A stretch of 64,000 nt of DNA from an uncultured Planctomycetaceae bacterium (GTDB lineage: Bacteria; Planctomycetota; Planctomycetia; Planctomycetales; Planctomycetaceae), in the NCBI GenBank assembly GCA_963815195.1, contig CAWFGE010000016.1, positions 96,001 to 160,000 on the forward strand, written 5' to 3'. Shown in pieces: positions 50,305-59,558 of this stretch. The translations under genes were made by a program, and so were the position numbers. The number at the start of each line of letters is the position of its first letter. The first letter of the stretch is position 1. The notes below the pieces were generated by a model. The model saw nothing but the letters and a program-made list of their open reading frames with translations. It made no database searches and was not told the origin of the DNA.

Positions 50305-51693
50305 ATGAACGCCCCCTACGACAATTCGATGTCCTCGAAAACCGAATCGCCGCCCGCATCGCGTACTCGCAGGCGCCGGTGGTTTATTGCGTTGTATCCT
50401 CTGTATCTGTTGATTGTGCTATGGGTGGGTGTCCAGTTTTTTTGGACGGTGCGTGAGCGAACGACCGGGCAATCGCAGCAGGATGTGTGGGGCTATTATT
50501 ACAGGAAGCTGCCGGCCGTGCGGGACGCGGAAGTCCGCTCCGATGATAAGACCGTGGACATTCTGCTTCTGGGCGGTTCGGTGCTCGAACAGGTCGCCCC
50601 GTTTTTGGAGACCGCCGCCAAACGGGAGTTGACGAGGCCTGTGCGGGTGTTTTCGGTGTGCACTTCCGCCCACACCTCGCGGGACAGCTATCTCAAATTC
50701 ACGCAACTCGAAAAGCAGCACTTCGATCTGGTGGTGATCTGCCATGGCATCAACGATGCCCGCATGAACTGCGTGCGGGACGATTTGTTCCGGGACGATT
50801 ACACGCATTGCGTCCACTACAACAGCCTCCAGCGGGCGGTGAAAGCCGGTTCGCTCACGATAACGGGGCTGATTCGGGACCGGCTGGATCAACTGATCCC
50901 GCTCGGCGAACCGGAACCGGACTTGGTGGACTTCGGCAAGACGATCAAGACGCGCGGGCCCTTCCGGCAGAACTTGGAAGGCATCGTGAATGCCGCCCGG
51001 AGCCGGTCCAGCCGGGTGATGCTGATGACCTTCGCCTTCTGGCTGCCGGCGGATTATTCCAAGGAAAGGTTTCTCCATCACCAGTTGGGCTACGGCAGAG
51101 GCCGGTACGAATTGCCCGCGGAAGTCTGGGGAAAGCCGGAGAATGTGATCGCGGCGATCGAGGCCCACAACGAGGAAATTCGCAAACTCGCCCGGCGGGA
51201 CGATGTGATCTTCATCGATCAGGAACGGGAACTGCCGCACGACGGCCGGCATTTCGCGGATGTGTGCCACCTCACCGATCGGGGCTGCGAAAAGTTCGTC
51301 CAAGACCTGCTGCCGGCGATCAAAGCCCAATTCCCCGCCGGCACGAAGATGCACTACGTGGCTCATTTCGACAATTCGCAATTTAACCTGGCGAACCCCG
51401 ATCCCAACAAAACCGTGACCTGGGGCGATCAGACGTGGAACGAAATGATGATCGGCTACTTCGACATCGCCGTCCCCGTCGAGGTCGTCCGCCCCGACCA
51501 AGAAAAAGCCGCCCAAGACCGCGCCGCCGCCCTCCTCAACCGCTACGACCAAGATCAGAACGGCCAAATCGAACGCAGCGAACCACCCAAAGCGCTCTTG
51601 GGAATCTTCGACCGCCTGGATCAAAACGGCGATAAAATCCTCACCGAAGAGGAACTCCTCAAAGCCGCGAAGCTACTGCCCAACCTGCGATGA
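50305..51693 (+). CDS. Membrane-anchored SGNH/GDSL hydrolase fused to a monooxygenase-like C-terminal fragment and EF-hands (start uncertain)
   Basis: LLGGS, HGIND and DVCH blocks; after about 51335, PAGTKMHYVAHFDNS..NPDP..WGDQTWNEMMIGYF and two EF-hand loops. Confidence 0.75.
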   Translation: MNAPYDNSMSSKTESPPASRTRRRRWFIALYPLYLLIVLWVGVQFFWTVRERTTGQSQQDVWGYYYRKLPAVRDAEVRSDDKTVDILLLGGSVLEQVAPFLETAAKRELTRPVRVFSVCTSAHTSRDSYLKFTQLEKQHFDLVVICHGINDARMNCVRDDLFRDDYTHCVHYNSLQRAVKAGSLTITGLIRDRLDQLIPLGEPEPDLVDFGKTIKTRGPFRQNLEGIVNAARSRSSRVMLMTFAFWLPADYSKERFLHHQLGYGRGRYELPAEVWGKPENVIAAIEAHNEEIRKLARRDDVIFIDQERELPHDGRHFADVCHLTDRGCEKFVQDLLPAIKAQFPAGTKMHYVAHFDNSQFNLANPDPNKTVTWGDQTWNEMMIGYFDIAVPVEVVRPDQEKAAQDRAAALLNRYDQDQNGQIERSEPPKALLGIFDRLDQNGDKILTEEELLKAAKLLPNLR

Positions 51694-51730
51694 ATCTATA
51701 GGCCAGGGAGCGGAGACCAGAATTTCGCTT

Positions 51731-52012
51731 TTGCGAAATGTTGTTGTTGAGCGTATAATTGAAACAGGCGGAACGAAATCTTTGACGAGCTTCAAAATAA
51801 CGCAAATTGTCTTAAACGACGATCAGGCCGAAGCCATCCGAGGCGCCACCGGTCCGGTCCAATTGCTCGACCGCGATGGAAAACTTTTGGGCAACATCAC
51901 GCATCCCTATTCCCGCGAACGGATTGCCGAGTTAAAACGCCGAGCGGAATCGGAGGGTCCCTGGTACACAACGGAGCAAGTTCTCAATCACTTGGCTTCG
52001 TTGGATCAATGA
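51731..52012 (+). CDS. Small hypothetical, antitoxin-like protein (start uncertain)
   Basis: TQIVLNDDQAEAI...ELKRRAESEGPWYTTEQVL; ATGA-coupled to the next ORF. Confidence 0.55.
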   Translation: MRNVVVERIIETGGTKSLTSFKITQIVLNDDQAEAIRGATGPVQLLDRDGKLLGNITHPYSRERIAELKRRAESEGPWYTTEQVLNHLASLDQ

Positions 52013-52677
52013 TCAATTCAATGCGTCGACAAACGAGTCGCAAACGTCGAATTCGAGAACTCATTGACTCCACATATGCTGGGAATGCCATTTTGCTGGA
52101 CGAGCTGCGCTGGGCCGTCTTGGACGCAGAATCGACTGCAACCGATTCAAAAGATGACGAAATCAGCCGCAGCTGGCTGAATAGCTTCGCTCGCACAATT
52201 CGCGAGCAGTTTCCCGAATTCGTGATCGAGAAGATTCCGATTAACAATGCAACCCCTTTGGGACTCGTCGCTCGTACTGCACTTTATCGACTAAAATCGC
52301 CGAGTGAACTTCGAGGGTTCCTAACAAACGCGGAGGAACCGACCATTCTCTGCCGTTTTCAACGAAAGCAGGATGCTAGCCACAAAGCTCGATACCATTG
52401 GCGGTACGTAATCCCGCACCACCACGTTGCCACATTTCGCGTTTTCAACGAAGAACCCGGAAAGCTTAACTACGACATCATCAACTTGTATCCGGGGGTG
52501 CTGATCCCAGCTACACAGAAACTATCGTTAATCGTGCCACCGAACACGGAGCTTGATTTGCCATCAATCGCAGACGTCCCCTGGAAACTGCTTGGCTACG
52601 ATGAAGACTTGAACGATCGTTACGAGGTTGCTGGAACCGATTCCCTATCGTGCGTCGAACGCGATCGTCGGCCCTAA
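52009..52677 (+). CDS. AT-richer hypothetical protein
   Basis: 222-aa ORF with atypical composition; no motif recognised. Confidence 0.55.
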   Translation: MINSMRRQTSRKRRIRELIDSTYAGNAILLDELRWAVLDAESTATDSKDDEISRSWLNSFARTIREQFPEFVIEKIPINNATPLGLVARTALYRLKSPSELRGFLTNAEEPTILCRFQRKQDASHKARYHWRYVIPHHHVATFRVFNEEPGKLNYDIINLYPGVLIPATQKLSLIVPPNTELDLPSIADVPWKLLGYDEDLNDRYEVAGTDSLSCVERDRRP

Positions 52678-52827
52678 TGTTGTCCTGTGCCAATTTCCGA
52701 AAAATCGTTTTTTTTCATCGGCCCGTATCAATCGCGCGATACTCGAAACGATGGCGCGACGTGCCCAACGCCATACGAGAATGACGAGCGCGAGCGTTAG
52801 CCGATAGATCATGGCGCGGATATCCAT
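52645..52827 (-). CDS. Small hydrophobic/basic peptide, paralog 1 (similarity continues in a shifted frame)
   Basis: Similar to 52832..53101 with synonymous substitutions. Confidence 0.45.
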   Translation of the reverse strand: MDIRAMIYRLTLALVILVWRWARRAIVSSIARLIRADEKKRFFGNWHRTTLGPTIAFDAR

Positions 52828-52831
52828 AGCA

Positions 52832-53101
52832 TCACATGATATGCATTATGCTTGCTGTCGGCAATAGGCCTTTGCCGCGGTCGGTCCGCATAGCGGACAC
52901 TTCGATCTGGAAACCATGCTCTATCTTACATCGGACGCGATTGTCGGCACTAATGTTGTCCGGTGGCAAAAAGCTCGTAGCGTTTTTTTTAATATCGTGC
53001 ATTAACCGACCGACGCTCGACACGACTGCGCGACCTAGCCAGCGCAACAGGAGGGCGAGTAGTGCGAGCGTCAATCGATAGATAGCGACGGTAATGTTCA
53101 T
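52832..53101 (-). CDS. Small hydrophobic/basic peptide, paralog 2
   Basis: IYRLTLALLALLLRWLGRAVVSS...DNISADNRVR. Confidence 0.5.
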   Translation of the reverse strand: MNITVAIYRLTLALLALLLRWLGRAVVSSVGRLMHDIKKNATSFLPPDNISADNRVRCKIEHGFQIEVSAMRTDRGKGLLPTASIMHIM

Positions 53102-53154
53102 GCCAATAGTGTATGCAGCGAGGAGACGATCGGCAAGGGGCTCTTCGGCCTCGG

Positions 53155-56100
53155 CTACGCCGCCGCCGAAAACTCATCGCCGTTGGTTTGGAATTCGCCG
53201 TGTTCGTTGACGTCTTCGAAGCGGACGGACATGCGTTTGGAGACGCCGGATTGCTCCATGGTCACGCCGTAGATCACGTCGGCGATGGTCATCGTGGGTT
53301 TTTTGTGGGTGATGACGATGAACTGCGTGTTGCCTTTGAACTCTTCCAACAAAGCTCCCAGGCGGCCGACGTTGGCTTCGTCCAGCGGGGCATCGACTTC
53401 GTCAAGAAGGCAATAAGGGCTCGGGCGGGTTTTGAAGAGGGCCAGTAAGAGGGCGAACGCGGTGAGGGCTTTTTCGCCGCCGCTTAAGAGCGAAATGCTT
53501 TTGAGGTCTTTGCCCGGCGGCCGGGCGACGATTTCGATGCCGCATTCCAACACGTCCTGCGGATCTTCGAGCACGATGTCCCCGTCGCCGCCGCCGAAGG
53601 CTTTGCGGAACAAATGCTGAAAGTGCCCGCGGACCTGCTCGAAGGTCTCGACGAACATGCGTTTGCTCTCGGCGTTGATCCGCCGGACGATGTCTTCCAG
53701 CGTGCGCTTGGCCTCGGTCAGGTCGGCGAGCTGCGTGAAGAGGTGGTGATGCCGGGTTTCCATTTCCTCCAGGCTGCTCAGGCTGTCGGTGTCGATGTTG
53801 CCCATCGTTTTGAGCTTTCGCCGGAGCCGATTGACCTGGTTTTCCAATTCCTCGCGGATGTCTTCGTATTCGGGAATCTGCCGAGTGCTTTCCCAAGCCG
53901 ACGGCTTGCCGTCGGGATCGGATTCGGGATCTGAGTCCGACGATAAATCGTCGGCTTGGGGATCTTCCAGAATCCCGGCAACGAGCTCATTGGCGTGATT
54001 GTCGCGCCAGTCCGGGTAGTTCTCGTCGAGATAATCGTGATAGGCGGACGCGCCGGACGCCACGACTTCTTCCAGCGGAATTTGATACTCCTCTTGGATT
54101 TTCTCATCCAAGTTGGCGAGTTGATGGCGGATATCGCGGGCTTCGATCTCCACGCAGTGCTGGCGGTCGTTTAACTCCCGCGCTCGGCCCGGAGCTTGGT
54201 TTCTTCCTTGAGCAGCACCGCCCGGCGGCCGCGGAGCGTCTCTTTCTGCCGCGAGAATCCGCCCGCCGTCTGGGCGATGCGTTCCTGCTCCAAGGCGATT
54301 TCCGCGAGCGTCGCGTTCGTGTTCAAGATATGCAGCAAAATCTCCCGGCGTTTTTCGACGACCGAGACCAGTCGGCGTTCCGCTTCGTCCCGCTGCTGCA
54401 GGCGGGTCTCTTGGTCGCGTTCCAACCGCTCCGCCGCGGTTTGCAGGCCCACCAGCCGTTCTTCGTGCTTGGCGAGATTGAGCTGCTCTTCGGTCTTGAA
54501 TTGCTCCAAGGTCTGCAGGCGATGCTCGGAGCGGGCGACATCGAACTCCAGCGTGCTGATTTCGATTTGCAGCGTTTCGACTTGTTCCTCGGTCCGGGCC
54601 AGGATTCGTTCCCCGGTCCGCAATTCGATCGTGAGACGCTCGGTCTCTTCGGTCAATCGCGTGATCTCGGCGTCGAGGGCATCCCAGTCGCGCATCAGGC
54701 GGACGAGTTCCTGCTCGTGTCCGGTGTAGTCGGCTTTGAGTTCCGCATGGTGATCGGCGAGTTCCTGCAGGTCCGAATCCGCGGCATCCAGTTCCGCATC
54801 AAAGCCGGTGAGATTTTCCGATAACTCTTCGAGCCGGCGTTCTTCCTGGACGATGGTTTTCTCGCTGTTGAGCAAATCGTATTTGAGCTGTTGAAGCTCG
54901 CTCTTGCGAGACACGAGCGCGGTCTCGGGGCGGAGCGAACCCGCCGTCAACCGGCCGTCGGCTTCCAAGAGTTCCCCTTGCAGTGTGACAAACCGAGAGC
55001 CCCGGCCTTTGCCTTCCGACAACTCCAAGGCCACATCCAGCGTTTCGACGATCCAAGTGTCCGCCAACAATCGGGCCGGCAGATCGGGCAGCGATTTGCA
55101 CTCCCGCACCAACGCATCGGCCCGGCACTCGACGCCCGGTTCGTTGGAAAGATCAATGATCGCGCTTCCTGCCCAAGCCGACGGACCAACCTGCGGTCCG
55201 TGCCCAGCGTCGGTTCCGACGACGGAGTCGTCGGCTTGGGGGGGCGTCCAGATGGTTTCCGTTTTCTCCGTCGAATGCGCCAAAAAACCCACGCGGCCGG
55301 AAATCTCGTAGGTGCCGGTTTTGAGATATGCGACCAGCGAATCCAATTCATCGAGGACGATCAACTGCGCCCGGCTGCCGAGGGCGACTTCCAAGAGTGC
55401 TGCATGTTCCAGATCGACCTTCAACAAGTCGGCTACGCTGCCTTGGATTTGGTTCCAAGGCGGTTCGGGAATCGATTTCGCACGGTGCAAAATCTCCCGC
55501 ACGCCCACGCCCAGGCCTTGCTGCCGGCGTTCGAGATCCTCCAAAACGCTTTTCCGGGCTTTCCAGGCGCTTCGTTGTTCGCGGAGGTCCGACAGCGCCT
55601 GGAGGTGTTCGTGGCGTTCTTCCAGAAGTTCCCGCCGGCGGGTGTGGATGGTTTGGATGTGGTCGCCCATGTGGACCACCCGCTCGCCGGAGTCTTCGAG
55701 CTTGGCCCGGCGCGATTCGCACTCGGCCCGGCACGCGGCAATGGATTCCTCGAGCGCAGACCGGCGGGCGAGCACTGCGGTCTTGGAGTCGGCGGCGATT
55801 TGGAGTTGCTTGTTGAGTCCGCTGACCTGCGTCCCGGCTGCGGACGATTCCCGCATCTGCTCCAAAAGCTGCTCGCGCTTGTCATCGACTTCGCGGCGTT
55901 CCTGTTCGATCCGCTTGGCGAGCGTTTTGATTTCTTCGACGTGCTTTTTCAGTTGCGATTGGCGTTCGTCAAACTCCCGGGCGAAATGCTGGACCTGCCC
56001 GCGGACGTGCTCCATTTCCTGGACGACCTCTGTGGCGCGGGCGCTCGATTTGCGTGCGCTGCTTGCGGAGCCGGGCGAGTTCGCCGTCGAGTTCTTTTAG

Positions 56101-57027
56101 CCTCGCGGTTTGGAAGCGGATCGTGGATTCGTGTGAAGCCAGCGTCTCCCGGCGGGCGGAACTCGCGCGTTCGACGGTGCGGAGCTCATCCTCGACCTCG
56201 GAGATTTCCACATCCAACCCGCCGAGTTGCTCTTCCAACTGCCCGTGCTCGGCGTTCACATTTTCCAGCCGGGCGGCGCACTCGGCGATCTCTGCATCGA
56301 GGTCTTTTAGCGCCTGTGAACGGAAGCGGTAATCATCCCCCGCCAGGCCCCACCAGAGTTTTTTGAGTTCCGCCGAAATCTCCCGAAACTTCGCGGCTTT
56401 GCCGGCTTGGGTGCGGAGCGAATTGAGCCGGCTTTCGACCTCATCGACGATGTCGGTCAATCGGAGCAGGTTTTGATCGACCCGCTCGAGTTTCCGCATC
56501 GCCTCGGCTTTGCGGGCTTTGAAGCGGCTGATGCCGGCGGCTTCCTCGAAGATCGACCGCCGGCTCGCGGCGTTGGCTTGAAGAATCTGATCGACCCGGC
56601 CCTGCTCGATGATGCAATACGCCGCGGACCCGGCTCCGGTGCCCATGAAGAGTTCGCGGATGTCCTTGAGCCGGGCGGTGTTGCGGTTGATGAGGTATTC
56701 CGCATCCCCGTTGCGCCACAGCCGGCGGCCGATCGAGACTTCCTGGGCTAGGGTGGGGAGAAAGCCGGAGGTGTTGTCGAAGGTGAGCGTGGCCTCGGCG
56801 TAGTTGTTGGGTTTTCGGCCTTGGGCGCCGTTGAAGATGACGTCGGTCATCTCCTTGCCGCGCAGACTTTTAGCGCTCTGGTCGCCTAAGATCCATTTGA
56901 TCCCGTCGACCACGTTGCTTTTGCCGCTGCCGTTCGGCCCCACCACGGCGGTGATGCCGGGGGAGAAGTCGAACTTGGTCTTGTCCGCAAAGCTCTTAAA
57001 GCCCAGCAGTTCCAGCGATTTCAACAT
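53155..57027 (-). CDS. smc: Chromosome segregation protein SMC (frameshifts near 56040 and 54175)
   Basis: GFKSF, GPNGSGKSN, IIEQG, hinge domain, LSGGEK, LDEVDAPLD. Confidence 0.95.
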
Positions 57028-57160
57028 GTGAAAACCCGCGGGCACGCCTCCGTGGGTGCCGCTGTGGATGAAAAACCACGAAGGCCCGGAATTCACGGAG
57101 TCACCTGCCGGCGATTCTGCTCCGTGTTTTCCGCGCCTCCGTGGTCTTAAAGTCAAGAGT

Positions 57161-59207
57161 TTATTTTGATTTCGATTCCGATTCCGATTCGTCCTTGCGG
57201 TCGTTCTCGTCGTCCGAGAGCGAGACCTCTTTCGGTTTCAGAATCCGGCCGAGATCGTACCACTTTCGGCGATCTTTCAAAACATCATCTTGCGGAGCGA
57301 CGACTTCCTGGTCCTCGGCTTCGCCTTTTTTCGTATCTTCTTCGGAGTCATCGGGTTCCGCCTTCTGAGCGGGCGGGTCCCAGGAACCGTCGGCGGCGGG
57401 ATCCAGATTCTCGTTCCTCCCGGGCGGCCTCAAACAAGTTCGGGACGAGGCCCGCGTTGCCGACGTGCGTCTTGCGGCCGGCCTTTTCGGGATCGGCGGG
57501 ATCCGGGCGTTCGTAAACGCGGCCCGCTTTGGGGAGGGCGTCCAGCTTGAGTTCGCCCGGCAGGTTTCGCTGGTGGTCCGCCTGGATGAGCATTTGGGCC
57601 ACGTCGGGATAGCTCGCCCCCATGTCGGTCACGGCCCGGATCACGTCGGCAATTCGCAGGGGAACTTCCTGCCGGCGGTCGGAACGGTCCAACTCATACC
57701 GGCTGACCGCGACCGTCTTGCTGCCTGAAGGAGTCGTAATCAGAATATGTTCGCCCGCCTTCAGAGCCAGGGGCGGTTGGAATTCCTGCTCGGCATTGAA
57801 CAGCACCACCTCGGCCTTGCGGCGATTCGTGAGGTGCACGAGCGGCGCGCCTTTCGTCTTCAGGACGTGCAGCATGAACTGATCGTTCAGCTTTTCGCCG
57901 CGAATGAACGGGTCGTTCGGATCGAGCACCGTCAGCGACCGGAAGGATCCGTAGCGGGTTTCGGCACTCGTGCCGTTCATCAAATCGCGAAGCGCCAAAT
58001 GGGCTTCGGCGTCGTCCACGGCGGCGAGCGCGGCAAACGCGAAGATCCGAAACGCCGGCTCGTCGTGCGCGGCCTCGGCGAGATGCCGTATGCCTTCCGG
58101 CTCTTCCATGTAGGCCAGCGCCACCGCCGCGTGGAACCGCACTTCCAACAGCGGGTTATTGAGCGCCTGCTTCAGCACGGGGACCGCATCGTGGCCGAGG
58201 GCCTCGAGTTCCAGCGACGCCTTTTCGGCCGTTCTGGGATTGTTGAGTTCCGCACTGAGCTTTTCCCTCCGCACCCGCTTGGCGATGGTGGTCTCGCGGA
58301 AGGCGATGTTGCGGATGACCTGCAAATAGCGAGGGTAGTTGTTTTTGTACTTCGGCGGGATCTTGAGCACGATCCGCTGATCGGTCTTGGCTTCGGCGAG
58401 CGGTTCGCGGAGTCCGTATTCGTTATAGGTAAAAAACCGCGTGCCGATGCGGTCGGCGATGCGTTTGGAGTTTCGGAAGCTGCGAAAATCGTTGCGGAGG
58501 AAAATCGTCAGATCGCGCTCGGTCAGCGACAGGCCGCCGCCCAGCACCCGGCCGCGGCGGAGCACGGCGGCCAGCGACGCCTTGTCGCCTTCGCCGGTCG
58601 AGACCAAAATCGGGCCCTCACCCTTGGCAAAGACGCGGCCTTTCATCAACCCCTTCCCGGGAACGATCTGCTGCTCCGTGAGATAGGTTTCCATCAGCCA
58701 GCCGCCGTTGAGGCTGGTCGATTCGCTTTCGCCCGGGACGCGAACCTCGATGTCGAATCGGTCGCCTTTGCGCACGAGCGGCGGCAGATAAGCCCGCACG
58801 ATGACGAGCGCCGTGTTCGGCGAGGCGAGGATCTGGTTCGGGTTTTTGATGTTGCGGCGTTTCATTTCGTCGAGCATCATCTCGCGGTAATGCGAGGGCG
58901 GAGGATCGCTGCCCGTGCCGTCGAGACCCGTGACCAGCCCCACGCCCTGGAGCGTGATGAGGTTCAGTCCCGTGATCGTGGTGTGATCGCCGATCAACGG
59001 CGTCGTCACTGTGGTTTCCAGCGGGGAATCGTCGGGGCTCTGCGAGCGGGCCGTTTTCCCGTCGCTGAACGGGTTCACGGAGTTGAAGGCCGTCGCCATG
59101 TCCGGCAGCCGATGACCGGCCGCCCCGCAGCCCGCGGCGAAAACGCTCGCCAGGAGACCCAAGCCGATGCCCACGATCGGCCTGCCAAATCGCGAAGAGA
59201 ATCTCAT
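57161..59207 (-). CDS. flgI: FlgI (P-ring)-like protein with HEAT repeats and acidic tail (frameshift near 57420)
   Basis: GVGLVTGLDGTG, SLNGGWL, HEAT-like EVRFHAAVALAY; tail continues in the 57161..57433 frame. Confidence 0.75.
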
Positions 59208-59278
59208 AAAACCAGAACTCCCTGGGTGGAGGGATTCGCACGTCGTTCCGCGGCACAACGGCGAGCAGACCAACCTGC

Positions 59279-59371
59279 GGTCGGTGCCCGCGTCAGCCCC
59301 GTGATGTCTGCTTCAACGTCGAGATTGGAGCGCAAACGTTGAGATCATGGGGCTGATGCCCCACGCTCGCC
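59279..59371. repeat. REP doublet (GGCGAGCG-stem family), left unit degenerate
   Basis: 59344-59371 matches 19290-19317 at 26 of 28 positions. Confidence 0.7.
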
Positions 59372-59558
59372 GGGTGATCACAGAATTTCGTGCAGGGGGA
59401 AATTTCGGGGAATCTGGAGAGAGAGGCCGGGAGCATACGCCGAGCCCGGGAATCGGTCAAGACGAGTTCCCAAGCCCTCGACGCCGCGGGTTCAGGCTCC
59501 CATAATGACCGGCGGTCGGCGACTCTCTCCCGCGAAAACTTTTCCCTGTTATTTGCTT

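Noticed and set aside
53155..57027. smc as a split gene or pseudogene
   Set aside because: All motifs are intact and only two single-base shifts are seen, in line with window-wide indel errors.
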